A stretch of 64,000 nucleotides of DNA from Zygnema circumcarinatum SAG 698-1b (Eukaryota; Plantae; Zygnematophyceae). Shown piece by piece: positions 23,174 through 34,886 of the stretch. Below the pieces are notes generated by a model, which searched no databases, was not told the DNA's origin, and worked only from the letters and a program-made list of their open reading frames with translations. Numbering within the stretch: position 1 is the first letter of the stretch; each line of letters starts with the position of its first letter. Location of the stretch: assembly GCA_037447605.1 (NCBI GenBank), contig CM074813.1, forward strand, positions 1,798,001 to 1,862,000. Reading direction: 5' to 3'. A program made the position numbers and the translations under genes.

Positions 23174-25054
23174 TCACAAGGCGAGCTTTAGATCCAAATC
23201 GACATCTCCTGCCAGCAAGTCCCCCGTCCAGTCCTTATTTGAAGCGAGGCCAACTCCCGCCATTCGCTGATCCGCCGCAATTCTCCTTAAAATCTCTTCC
23301 GCCAGTCCGGTCTTCTTTTTGCTGAACCCATCTTCCCCGCTTACTCCCGGGCTCAGAAAGCCCTCCTCCGAGATCAACTCCCTATCCGCCGCTTCTACCA
23401 AATAATCGCATGGAACCGCTGTCCCACTGTGCCTCGGAGAGGGAGGCAAGGATCTGGCCGAGCGCCGAGGCAGGGGCAGATAAGCAAAATTCACAGATGA
23501 ATCGTTCTGGGTTGTTAAAAGGGAAGTGGAAGGGGAGGAGAGAGAGGCTCCTGCAGAGGGAGTTGGATACGCGGATGGTGTCCGAGAGTAGGGATTTCCA
23601 TGTCCGTCGCCTGCAACCCTAATGGAGCGGCACGACATAGAGAAGTAATTGCAGTACTGGCCACAGCAGGGTTCAATGGAGAGCAGCAGATTTCTGTCTC
23701 CTTCAACTGCTCCATCCTCCTCCCGCTGCATTGCAAGATACGGCACTGAAAGGCCGGCCAAGTGCCCTCCCAGATGGCGCATTTCCATACTCGGTGCCGC
23801 AGTTTCAGTTGCCGTTACAGCCAGCTCACATAGAGCAGTACCCCTCCCAGCACTAGCACCGATCGCCACAGCAGCGAGCTGCGTCTCTTCCCTCACACCC
23901 CTCTCCCTCTCCCTCTCCATCTCCCTCTCCCTCTCCTTCTCCCCGCCCCCTCCCTCTCTCTCCCTCTCTCTCTCTCTCCTGCTCTCCTCCTCCCCCTCCC
24001 CGCTCCTTCCCGCCTTCCGCCGCGCCCTCCTCTTCCCGGCCCCGCCCTTCTGCGGGTGCACGCCCTTCAGTTCCCTGTGCCCGTTTCTATGTCCGCCGAG
24101 CGCCTGCACAGTTGGAAACCGCATGCCGCAGATGGAACACGCGTGCGGCCCCGCCCCGGCGTGCCAGCTCACCAGCGCCGGTGACGTGGCGGCACCAGCC
24201 TCCGCCACGTGTCCCCGCGGGGCGATCGCGCCCAGGGGCAGCGAGAGGCACTTCCTGGCGGCGACCACCTCCGGAAGGAGCGCCGCCCGCCACGCCCCGG
24301 GGATGCCGGAGAGGGAGTCGCTCATGGACCGCTGCGGAGATTTCCACGAAGCTTCCGGTGCGGGGTGGGAGCTGAGCCCGGGACACGTGTCGCTCCGCTC
24401 GCGGTCGAGGAGGGAGCGAGGAGCGATGGCGGAGGCGTCCGCCATGGCTCTGGCGAGAGGCGCTGCGGTGCTGCCACGTGGCGCCTGCTGCAGCCAGGCT
24501 CGGCCTGAGGGGGCGGCGCAGATGTCGAGGATGGACGGGCACGAGGCGTGCGGCTGCGGGGCAGGGCGGCCGTTGGCTGCAACGGAATCCGTTCTATCTG
24601 TCACGCTCGACAGAGCAGGGACTCTATGGAAGGAATCCACAGCCATGGCCCTGAAAGGACGTGCTTCTCTCCCGATCCCGTCCTCCGCCACCTCGTCGTC
24701 CTCGTTCTCGTCCGTGTACTCGTCCTCCGCGTCCTCCTCCTTCCCCTCCCACTCCCTGCCCCTCTCTCGTAACCACTCCCTCTCCCTATCTGTCGCTCTC
24801 CCGCCCTCCTGCCCGTCCGAGCTCCCACTGAGCGCTGCGGGAGTGCCGGGAGGGGCCGCCAGCGTCCCGGCCCGCCACTCGTGCGGCTTCTCTGCGGAGC
24901 CTCCTTGGGAGATTTGTTTGACGCGCCTCTCCCTCCGCCGCCTCCGCTTCTTCTCCCTCTCCGCCGACGAGGAGAGAGGCCGCGGCGAAAGCGACTGCTC
25001 GGGTGCGAGGCTGCGAGGGCCCGAAGGCCTCTCCAGCATGCTTAGCTGGCACAT
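23174..25054 (-). CDS. Q-type single C2H2 zinc-finger/EAR-motif repressor, paralogue A (626 aa, intronless)
   Basis: CSICGMRFPTVQALGGHRNGH finger, basic NLS-like tracts and C-terminal VDLDLKLAL (LxLxL EAR). This is the SUPERMAN/ZFP (C1-1i)-like architecture. Confidence 0.88.
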   Translation of the reverse strand: MCQLSMLERPSGPRSLAPEQSLSPRPLSSSAEREKKRRRRRERRVKQISQGGSAEKPHEWRAGTLAAPPGTPAALSGSSDGQEGGRATDREREWLRERGREWEGKEEDAEDEYTDENEDDEVAEDGIGREARPFRAMAVDSFHRVPALSSVTDRTDSVAANGRPAPQPHASCPSILDICAAPSGRAWLQQAPRGSTAAPLARAMADASAIAPRSLLDRERSDTCPGLSSHPAPEASWKSPQRSMSDSLSGIPGAWRAALLPEVVAARKCLSLPLGAIAPRGHVAEAGAATSPALVSWHAGAGPHACSICGMRFPTVQALGGHRNGHRELKGVHPQKGGAGKRRARRKAGRSGEGEEESRREREREREGGGGEKEREREMERERERGVREETQLAAVAIGASAGRGTALCELAVTATETAAPSMEMRHLGGHLAGLSVPYLAMQREEDGAVEGDRNLLLSIEPCCGQYCNYFSMSCRSIRVAGDGHGNPYSRTPSAYPTPSAGASLSSPSTSLLTTQNDSSVNFAYLPLPRRSARSLPPSPRHSGTAVPCDYLVEAADRELISEEGFLSPGVSGEDGFSKKKTGLAEEILRRIAADQRMAGVGLASNKDWTGDLLAGDVDLDLKLAL

Positions 25055-27765
25055 GGCGACGACTGCCTGCGGGTCCCCCTGCTACCGCTCCGCCTCTCCG
25101 TCCGTCCCTTCCTCCGTTTCTCTCTGTCTTCTACTTCCCTCTCTCTCCGTCTCGAAGTCCTCTAGCTCCCGGTCTCTTCTCCGTCCCTCCCTGTCTGCTG
25201 TCTCCCTCCCCTCTCTACACGTCTCCTCTCCCTCGCTCCCTGCGTCCCCTCCCTGCCTGTCTCCTCCCTCACTCCTAGCGTCCTGTCTCTCTCACTCATT
25301 CCCTTTTCCTTCCTCCCTCCACCCTTCCCTCCCTCCTCGCTGTCCTTCTCCCCCGGCGCGATGTGGGCGTAGGTGGCGATACGGCGCGCTCGGGCGGCCC
25401 CTCGATCCGCGCACACGCAAGAGGCGCGGCGCGCGCGGCGCTCGTCAGCTGCAAGTGCAAATCCTCGCACCGATTGGCTGCATCCGGCGTATTTCGAGCA
25501 GTCATTGATTTGCCTCAAGGCGGGCCCGCGGCGACCTCAGAGCGGCGATCGGACGGCCGCGCGGCGAGTGGGATGCAGATATTGTGACGCGGAGAATGCT
25601 CGGCCGTCGGATTGATTGGTGCGGCAGGTGATCGCAGGGGCGGATCTGCATCAGGCCGGAAACGATAGGGCGGAGGCGGCCCGGCCAGCGCGACACTGCG
25701 TGACAAAAAGTACGTCATGTGTGATCTTGTTTTATTTGCCGAACAGCATCGGACGGCTGGCAAGGAGGGGAGGTTGCTTCCAATACGACAGCATACGGTA
25801 CGGCCGCAACGAGCTCGTGAAATACGACGAAAATGTCGGACCGTGAGAGGTCGGCGGAAGTTTATGGCCGAGCGAGACCGCACGTTCCGGGAGGGGACGC
25901 GGACGGGCAGAGGGAAAAGTGCTCTGTTCCGAACTGGCGGATCAATGGAAACAACTAATCAAGCTGCCCTAAAGATGTTTTTTTTTTCTTTAGGCGCAAG
26001 GAGAAAATTGCAGTAAAGCGTATGGATCGGCCACGTGCGGAGCATTGATGGGGAACAGCTCCCGCTGGCTCTCGCTAACCTACGCACCTTACAGCGTGAC
26101 ACGACAAAATCTAGGTGAGAGTACAAATCGGATAAAGGATTTCCACCAAATATCTAGATTCGACGAGCGGGACAGCCGCGGCCGCCAAGTCTGCCACGCT
26201 CTGATTGGCGGAAAAATCGAGAGGGTGAATCCGATTCGGACGTCACGCCAATCGTCAGAGGCCTGACGACGTGGCAGCGCAGGATTTGTCAACATGTGTT
26301 GATTAGGACAAGAAAATCTGCCGAACAAGATCTGCAAAGACTGTCACGGAATCATTCGGCTGCTTGGTCAGAATTGAATGACGTACGAATAACGTCACGC
26401 CTCGGTGGCATGTCCCGGAAGCTGTCGCGACCATCCTGTACGGCCGCGATATAAGGACGCTGTAGGCAATGTGGACCAAATGTCAATCCACCAATTATTT
26501 ATCGACACGTCATACATTTTGATCTGCCCGTCGTCCAGTTTTTTTAATGCTTCCCGACTTGAAACCGTGGAATATTCGCTTCGTTCAGCCGTCCAGTGTG
26601 CGGCCGCCACGTGTGAAGGTGGTCGTCACAGCGGCGGCGCGGCGCCGCACCGGCGGGACCGCCAGCGGACACCAAAGCGACAAAGGGGTTTCGCGGAATG
26701 TTCGCCTGCGCGGGCGAGCGGGCGGACAGGCCAATCGGGGCGTCACGCGGTCACATTTCCCGATAAGGGAAGATTTTCAAAACCCGTACCCAAATACTGT
26801 TTCTGAATAAGATCCCCAAGCGCACTGACTGACTGACCCCACCCGCTGTCCTGCTCCGTCCCGTCACGTCACACGATCGCTGTGCAACACGCTTGTCGTA
26901 TGAAGTCTCTGTTCCTGTCAATGACACGCAGCGCCGGCGAGTGGCTGACGACCGGCGGCGGCAAGCTCGTTCGACGTGAAAAACCAAATGGCGGCTAAAC
27001 TGTCGACGTTTGACTGGCTCCTGCAGACGATGAATGACTAACTGGAGAACTGGCCGATAACCGTAACGGCCAACAAGTGCCCGTCACGGCCAACTTCAAC
27101 GGAGCCAGCCGCGGTCCGCACACATGAAGCGCGGTGCGCGCCGGCGGCTGCTCTGCGATGGTTTTGGCTACGAGCGCGCGCTTCGTGACACGTGTCACTT
27201 GGCCGGCGTGCGACAAATTGTGGCGACGTCGCGTCACTACTACTGATGCGATAAGTGAGGTGGTCTCCCTCCGTGGCAAACTGTTACTGTTCAACATTGT
27301 TCTCGCGCCTTGTGTGAGACCATGCATGCATGCATGCATGAATGGGAGTTTGACAGTCGGAGAGAAGGTGACGTCACAGCACGAAGTAGGTGAAGTGGAA
27401 GATGGGGGGCGAGGGGCGCAGACTGCTTGGCAACCGCCCCGCCATCGGAGCAATTCACCATATTTGAAACACTCACACTGGGTTGCAGCGGATGACTCAA
27501 ATGGGTTTCAAAGTCCAACCTTCCAAGTCGACTAAAGGTTGACTGGTATTGTCATCCAAAGCAGGCAAACCACACGTCACAAAATTGGACTCACCCACGC
27601 CAAAGCATGGAAAAAGAAACGGATCCACCAGAGGATGGAGTGCACCAACAACGGACACAACATAAACCCAATGGCTCCAAACAGATCCCTCATGACCTAA
27701 GGGCTGTGCCCGAAAAACTACCTACTCACTTAATTTTCCCGATTTTCTCTGCTATGGCCGCCTCC

Positions 27766-29242
27766 CTACGCCCTTTCTACCACCGCCAGCAGATCGCTCT
27801 CCCGGCAGAACACAATCTTCGCATCCGACGAGCCCAAGCCCACCTGCACATGGGCCAGTCCAACCTCTCTTTTTTAATGCTTCCTGTGACCGAGGGGGGG
27901 GGGGCACAAGCTTTGCGGGAGGCGGATCGACGCGGGGGGGGGGGGGGGGGGANNNNNNNNNNACAAGCTTTGCGGGAGGCGGATCGACGCGGGGGGGGGG
28001 GGAGGGAGAGGGGGGGGAGGGGGAGGGAGTGAATGAGAGGGAAAAGGAAGAGGGGCGGGAGAGGAAGCGTGGGGGAGGAAAGGGGGAGAACGGGGTGGAG
28101 GAGAGAAGAGGAAGGAGGGAGGGGAAGAACTCAAGGGGGAGGTATGAAGGAGGTAGGAGAGAGGGATAGGGGAAGAGGAACAAGAGAATGCGGGAGCAGC
28201 GTAGCATGATGGTAAGACCGAGCAACGAAAAGGAACAATGAAGTGAAGAACGAAATGAAAAGTACTAAAGAAAACCAAAGATTGCGAAGGTTGCGAAGAA
28301 AGGGAGGCTGGAAGGAAGGGGAGATGTGCAGAGAACATAACAAACGAAGGAATCAACGGAACCCTAATGACAGACCCACAAGTAGAAAAATACTCACTTC
28401 ATACGCATTCAAATCCGAGACAAGCACCTGCAATATCCCCATAGTCCAAGACACGGTAAGCGTAAAAATGAAAGAAACCTAGAAATGGAATGCTTGCTCT
28501 CAACCTGTCAACCCTACAAATTCATTCAAAAAAAAAAAGTAAAATTCCCCAACCTTCACAAAGAGAAACGTCCACACACCACACAAAATGGCTTTCTCTC
28601 TCCTCCTAACGTCACATTCCCACTCATTGGCCGACTCACTTTCTCGCTCCACTTTATTTCCTCCCTCGATTCCACCTCTCGCTCACTCTCCCCCCTCTAT
28701 CTCTCCCCATTCATATCTTACCTTGTCGCCCTTTGAGACATTAGTTGCCTCCTTTCCTGCTGCCACTACCTGCACCTCTCCAACAACAAATAAGAATGAC
28801 ACGTGTAAGGGAGTTTATTTGAATTAAGAAACAACACTTGAAAGAAAAAAAGACTAGGATGAAATAGAATGGAAAGAATCAGCAGCACCAACAGAACTCT
28901 TGTCATGTGACCGTTTCAAGAACAGTGATAACGAAAACAAGAGCTAGAATATTTACCTCTCCGACAAGCATTTTATCATACTTCGCCGCGCTTTCTGGAA
29001 GAAGGACTCCTCCACTAGACTTCTGCACAAGAACCCATACACATAAGGACCAATTTCTTCGTCAATTGTCAATCACGACTCTCGGAGTTCAAAATCCCAT
29101 ATTGCTTGAGCCCACAAATTTGCTGCCCGCATATTATCTAAACTCTGCAAAGAACGAGTTGTTGCTAACTTCAGAGAGTCTGAGAGAGGGCACGAAAGAG
29201 GGAAACAGATGAGTGAGGGGGCAGGGGGGGGGGCGAGGGAAG

Positions 29243-29289
<47 letters not shown>

Positions 29290-29953
29290 TTGCAGTAATT
29301 TCCAGTCGTAGCAGCACTCTGTCGGCTTGGGGAACAACCTGCATAACCATCTCTCCCTCCATGCCTTCATTCATCGCATTCCCCCGAGCCACCGGCGTCC
29401 TTTAAAGCTATAACTTTCTGTAAACAAGGTTCACTTTCCCTCTTACCGCATCCCTTGATCGTCTTGCATTTCTCCCCTCCCCTTCCCTCCCCTCGTCTCN
29501 NNNNNNNNNGCCCCCGTCCCCTCGGCCCCGGCCCCCGCCTGCCCCTCCCCACCCCCTTCGTCCCTGTTCTAACCCCTTTCTCCCTCTCCTCCCTCCCTAC
29601 CCTACCCCGCCCCTTCCTCCCCTCACTCGCTCCCTCCCTCCAACTCTCCCCCACCTTCTCCAAATCCACATCCCGCGCAATGCTCGCTGCCCGCACGGTC
29701 ACGACTCCTCGAGGGCTCTCTATCCTCCAGCTTACTCCTCTCCTCTCTCCTCCCAAAGCCAATTCTGCACCCACGTGCCGCCCCACTCCAGCCTTGAGCC
29801 CACCATGTCTGTAGCACTTCAACTCTTCAACGCAACTGAGCGATCAAATTCCCTCTGCCCTTCACCTTTCCTCCCGCTGCTCACAGCTCCCCTCTTCTCA
29901 CAGGCGAGTAGCGCATAGCTCCCCCGAACAGTCTGCGTTAAGCAGTTCGCCAT
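27766..29953 (-). CDS. CPN10: Chloroplast 10-kDa chaperonin (Cpn10/GroES), micro-exon gene
   Basis: Exons ending 29655 (...VRAASIARDVDLEK), 29338-29288 (VVPQADRVLLRLEITAK), 29022-28957 (KSSGGVLLPESAAKYDKMLVGE), 28769-28722 (VVAAGKEATNVSKGDK), 28427-28398 (VLVSDLNAYE) and 27843-27766 (VGLGSSDAKIVFCRESDLLAVVERA*). All are GT-AG and phase 0. The product is colinear with Arabidopsis plastid CPN10 (KVVPQADRVLVRL..KSSGGVLLP..VLFSDVSAYEVDLG..CFCKESDLLA). The start at 29953 (MANCLTQ..., needing a ~100-bp intron) is tentative. Confidence 0.88.
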
Positions 29954-30924
29954 GGATTCCCTGCAGCCTTGCTCCATCTGTTAGCCATGGCGTTTTCCAC
30001 TCCCTCCCTCCGCCCTCCGCCCTCTTCTCCCTCCCTTCCTCCATAAGATCCAGAAACCCCCAAGTCAGCCCTATTAGTTTAGGGAGGAGCCTCGGCGTAC
30101 CTTGCTCGTCTCTCCGCGTCGCTGCGTTCCTGAACTCTTGCACGAGCGGGTGGAGGGTTTAAGAGCTGTCGAGGGAGGCTGACAGGTGGCGCTCGGGCAA
30201 AGGCAGAGGGGGCAGAGCGCTTCAAAAGACGCTTGCCGAAGGTTCCAGGGGATAGGGGGATGGGAACGGCGGTTCCAAGGAACGACGGCAGTTCCAGTTA
30301 GTTCTGTTTCCACGACACGTCAGCCAATCTTTCACATGGAGTGTCTCCGGTAGGGACACACCCTGAGAGGTACACTGTACGGCGCGAATCAGGCTCTGGC
30401 AGTACGGTCGCCTGCCAGACGGCGCCGTCACATTAGTGGAGCAGCCAACGCATGTTGGTCGTGCAAGTGTTGTTTTCATGTGCAATGTTCGTTCCATCAC
30501 ACCATGCAGCAGACATGAGCGATTCGATATGTTGGCCAATTCATGCGTTGTTCCATGGAAGTCCAATCGAACAACGCCGGTGTTCGGTCCGTTGTGATTG
30601 CTGATTTGGATGATATGTGATGCGCCCAGTGTATGTACTGGACCAACATGTATGGTAGCTTGCATATGTGCCTTAAGCTCTAGAGTTGGTCTAAGTTGAA
30701 AAAAAAAAAAAATGCTTTCAAAATGTTCCAATGTGCGAAATGTTGCTTCAAAGTGATTTGACTGGCAGCATTCTAAGAAAGGAATATTTGAAAAATGGTC
30801 TCAAATTTTTGTGTCCACATTTTTTTTTTGCTTTGACTTCATTTTAAGGCAACCAGTGTTTTTAAGTTTCCAAAGGCTTTAACTTAGGAAGGAACAAGGA
30901 ATATGTAAAGGTAATCAAATAATT

Positions 30925-31191
30925 CTAACCCTAACTCTAGCCCTTCAACCTAACTTCAATCCTAACCCTACCCCCTGACCCTAACCCTAACCCTAACCCT
31001 AACCCTAACCCTAACCCTAATCCTAACCCTAATTCAAACTCAAATCCTAACCCTAACCCTAACCCTAACCCTAACCCTAACCCTAACCCTAACCCTCACC
31101 CTAACCCTAATCCTAACCCAAACCCTAACCCTAAACCTAATCTTAACCTTAACCCTAACCCTAGCCCTAATCCTAACCCTTACCCTAACCC
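30925..31191 (+). repeat. Interstitial telomere-type (CCCTAA)n / (TTAGGG)n array, about 44 hexamers, degenerate at the edges
   Basis: Long perfect CCCTAA runs at ~30970-31100, with variants (CCTTAA, TCCTAA, CCCTAG, CCCTCA) at the flanks. Confidence 0.93.
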
Positions 31192-31371
31192 TTCACTTTT
31201 GGCCAGAACGCCGACGGTTTCCCGATATCGCGGGGCAGTACCGCTGGTCAGGACCGCTGCTGGGACATGCCAGCAAGGGCGTGACATCATGTGTTTGTCA
31301 TAATATGAGACCAAGAAGTACAATGATTACAAGACTGTTCTTCTTTGGTGAATCCCGCGCCACTTGGCATT

Positions 31372-32858
31372 AGGGCGTGTCAGACTAAACAAAATGTTAC
31401 GAATATCGAGTTTTTAGTATTACGAGAATCGATGTTACGAAGTACTAAAAATCATCGCGCCCCCGAACCTAAACCGAACCGAACGGAAGTCAACTGTGCT
31501 AAGTCAACGGGTCAACGTTGCGAAGATTGACCCGTGGGGTTTACTGAAATTGCATTTCTTCGCACGATTTTGTTCGCACCCAAAAGAGGCGCCGAAATGG
31601 ACGTGCGAAGAAAATACTGGCGAAAATCGCGTCAACGTGACGTCATGGTTGTTTTCCCGGCTTCCCGCCCGCGCCCGCGCCCGCCCGTGACGCGCAACAC
31701 GACACAACGACAAGCGGTCTCCGCGCGCCGCGCCGGCGCTGGTTCTAAGTCTGAGGGCCCCGCGCGAGGGCGAAGTTGCGAAGACGGCGTTTGGAGGAGT
31801 GCGAAGACGGCGATCGCGGAGTGCGAACAGGACCGCGCCGCGAGTGCGAGAAACTACACTCGGGAATTTTAGTTTTACTGACGTTGACTCGAAATGTTAC
31901 GAATATCGAGTTTTTAGTAGGGTAGTGATATTTCCACCCCTTTTTTGGATCCAAACACCCCTTCCCGGCCGGGCAGATTTCAAAAAGGATTAAAAACGGA
32001 AAATGCTTTTTTCACACCTTTTTGGAATCGATACCCACCCTCCATCGGCAGATTTTTTTTTTGCGAAACAAGGAAATATAACCCGTCACCCCATTTTGAA
32101 TATCCCGCCTACCTGAATTTTTTTCCACGCGTGCGGTCATCGCAGCCGTCGATTCCCTAGCAGATCGCAACACGGCAGATCACCATTTGATCTGCAGCCG
32201 GGCTCGGTCACAGCGAATGGCACGTGCCCACGTATCCCGCCAAAGTCGTCTCAAAAGTATGTCCGTACAAATGTCGTACGGTCGCAACTTGAGGAACCCA
32301 GAATTTCGTACATTGAGACCTTAAACCAATCAAAAATTTCCACGTCAATCATGAAACACGTGGCAGATTTTTATTGGCTGGGAACTAACAATGACGAGAT
32401 CTCGGGCCGAGGGACGCGCGCACTCGTACGTGCGATCCGGCTTTGACGGGACTCGTGGGCGCTTTCCATTCGCTAAGATCGAGCCCGGCTGCAGATCGAA
32501 CGGTGACCTGCCGTGGTGCGATCTGCGAGGGAATCGACAGATGCGATTGTCACGCACGTCCGCTTCGAGCGGATTCGGGCAGGCAGATATTTCTTTCCCT
32601 CAAAAAAAAAATTCAGGGAGGCGGGATGCAGTATTCAAAATGCAGTGACGGGGTATCATTTTCCTTGGTTAGCAAAAATAAAATCAGCCGACGGAAGAAG
32701 GTGGGTATCGATTCCAAAAAGGTGTTAAAAAAGCATTTTCCGTTTTTAATCCCTTTGGAAATCTGCCCGGCCGGGAAGGGGTGTTTGGATCCAAAAAAGG
32801 GGTGGAAATATCACTACCCTTTTAGTATTACGAGAATTTTTTAAGTCTGACACGCCCT
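31372..32858. mobile_element. Non-autonomous DNA transposon (MITE, ~580 bp without its insert) with AGGG termini and ATT TSD; host of a foldback element
   Basis: 15-bp perfect TIR AGGGCGTGTCAGACT...AGTCTGACACGCCCT, flanked by ATT at 31369-31371 and 32859-32861. The subterminal repeat TGTTACGAATATCGAGTTTTTAGTATTACGAGAAT occurs near both ends. Confidence 0.8.
31920..32819. mobile_element. 900-bp foldback-type non-autonomous transposon, copy 1 (long TIRs, 8-bp TSD)
   Basis: Begins GGGTAGTGATATTTCCACCCC and ends GGGGTGGAAATATCACTACCC. TIRs of ~120 bp are near-perfect, with imperfect symmetry to ~320 bp. TSD TTTTAGTA at 31912-31919 and 32820-32827. The uninterrupted target sequence is present at ~31394-31429. 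Confidence 0.92.
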
Positions 32859-33349
32859 ATTAACTCCGATCTGCTCCGCCCACAGGAATACCTGTGTACC
32901 GATTGACCAGTTCGATTCTGTCGCGACCTTGTCCGCCAATCAGAGCGCTGAAGGCCGCGGCCGCGCCCCGCTGTCTTATTCCCGGCATCCAGATACTTCA
33001 CAACGAAATTCGATCGGATTTGTACGTATCAGATATTTGTCGTAATGATCGTACAGCCTGTCGTCTAGCGGGAGCCGCTCCCAACTTAATGCTCCGCAAG
33101 TGAATGCTGGCCGCCCGGCCGCCCGCAGCTGATGATTAGGGTTCCCCCAATTTTCTCCAAGCGCAAGAAAAATATCTCAACGGAAATGAACAAGGCCCTC
33201 CATTGGTCCAATCGGCCAAACATCCACACTTTTCCTTCTGCCCGTTGCCCGCCGGAACGGCCGGTCCCGCCGCACGCTGTCCGCACTTCCGTTGAGTATT
33301 TTTCGAGCTGGTTTCGGCCTTGCAAATAGTCGGCTCTATCGTATTTTAT

Positions 33350-34297
33350 GGGTAGTGATATTTCCACCCCTTTTTTGGATCCAAACACCCCTTCCCGGCC
33401 GGGCAGATTTCAAAAAGGATTAAAAACGGAAAATGCTTTTTTCACACCTTTTTGGAATTGATACCCACCTTCTTCCGTCGGCTGATTTTATTTTTGCTAA
33501 CCAAGGAAAATGATACCCCGTCACCGCATTTTGAATACTGTATCCCGCCTCCCTGAATTTTTGTTTCGAGGGAAAGAAATTTCTGCCTGCCCGAATCCGC
33601 TCGGAGCGGAAGATCCGTCCGCCACGAGATCGTTCGCGGGTGTCCGTCCTTTACACGTGCTTGTCAATCGCATCTGTCGATTTCCCTCGCAGATCGCACC
33701 ACTGCAGATCACCGTTCGATCTGCAGCCAAGCTCAATCTTAGCGAATGGAAAGCGCCCACGAGTCCCGCCAAAGCCGGATCGCACGTGCGAGTGCGCGCG
33801 TCCCTCGGCCCGAGATCTCGTGCATTGTCAGCTTTCAGCCAATCAACATCTGCCACGTGTTACATTTTTGACGTGGAAAACGTTGATTGGTCCAAGCTCT
33901 GAATGTACAAAATATTGGGTTCCTCAAAGTTGCGACCGTACGCCATTTGTACGGACAAACGTTTGAGTCGAGTTTGGCGGGATACGTGGGCACGTACCAT
34001 TCGCTGTGACCGAGCCCGGCTGCAGAGCAAATAGTGATCTGCAGTGTTGCGTATCTGCGAGGGAATAAACGGCTGCGATTGACCGCACGCGTGAAAAAAA
34101 ATTCAGGTAGGCAGGATATTCAAAATGGGGTGACGGGTTATTTCCTTGTTTCGCAAAAATAAAATCTGTCAATGGAGGGTGGGTATCGATTTCAAAAAGG
34201 TCTGAAAAAAGCATTTTCCGTTTTTAATCCTTTTTGAAATCTGCCCGGCCGGGAAGGGGTGTTTGGATCCAAAAAGGGGGTGGAAATATCACTACCC
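33350..34297. mobile_element. 948-bp foldback-type non-autonomous transposon, copy 2 (opposite orientation), inserted in the paralogue B promoter
   Basis: Same GGGTAGTGAT termini. TSD TATTTTAT at 33342-33349 and 34298-34305. The interior is the reverse complement of copy 1. Its flanks join into sequence homologous to the uninterrupted upstream region of paralogue A. Confidence 0.92.
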
Positions 34298-34886
34298 TAT
34301 TTTATAGGACCTTCCCCGCTTGCCGCCCGCCGATGCTGTTCCACAAAAGATCTCGTCTGACGTGTTGTTTGTCGCGAAACGTCGCGCTGGCCTCCCCCTA
34401 ACGTTTTTCGCCTGCAGCGAATCCGCCGTCGCCATCGCGCCACACAGATTGATCGGACGGCCGGAAATCATCCGAGGCATCGTATCCCCTTCCAGCGGGG
34501 ACCGCAACCGTCCGATATCAGACCTGACGTTGGCCGCGATGCCCGCGGCGTCAGGGCGGGCGGTCGATCTGATCGGGATTCCCCCGCCGCGCGCAGCGCC
34601 GCACATGCGGGTCACGTGGCCCATCCCCGCGCCTCCACGAGTCGCGGCGAGGCGCCACGGCACCGCGCCTCGCGCGGGCCGACGACAAAAATCAGGGAGC
34701 GAGGAGAAAGGAAGGGGTGGAAGGCACGCAGGGAGGACAACGGAAGGGAGGGAGAAAACGCAGGAAGAGAAGCAGAGGAGGCGGGGAGCTAGAGAGAGGA
34801 GCCAAGGAGGGAGGGAGGGAAGGAGGAAGGAAGGGACGGACGGAGAGGCGGAGCGGTAGCAGGGGGACCCGCAGGCAGTCGTCGCC

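Noticed and set aside
23649-25508. Long antisense ORFs over the zinc-finger genes (also 34292-36247 and 41311-43011)
   Set aside because: GC-rich coding DNA lacks antisense stops. They recur only because the sense genes are near-identical, have no recognisable domain, and their ends differ between copies.
27905-28002. Direct repeat ACAAGCTTTGCGGGAGGCGGATCGACGCGGGG on both sides of an N gap
   Set aside because: Typical unmerged contig overlap at a poly-G tract; assembly artefact.
30222-30731. 169-aa Cys-containing ORF upstream of Cpn10
   Set aside because: Non-ATG start, no recognisable motif or splice logic linking it to neighbours; probably promoter DNA.
26148-33177. Evening-element matches near the zinc-finger promoters (26148, 33031, 33169)
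   Set aside because: Not at homologous positions in all copies and close to the number expected by chance.
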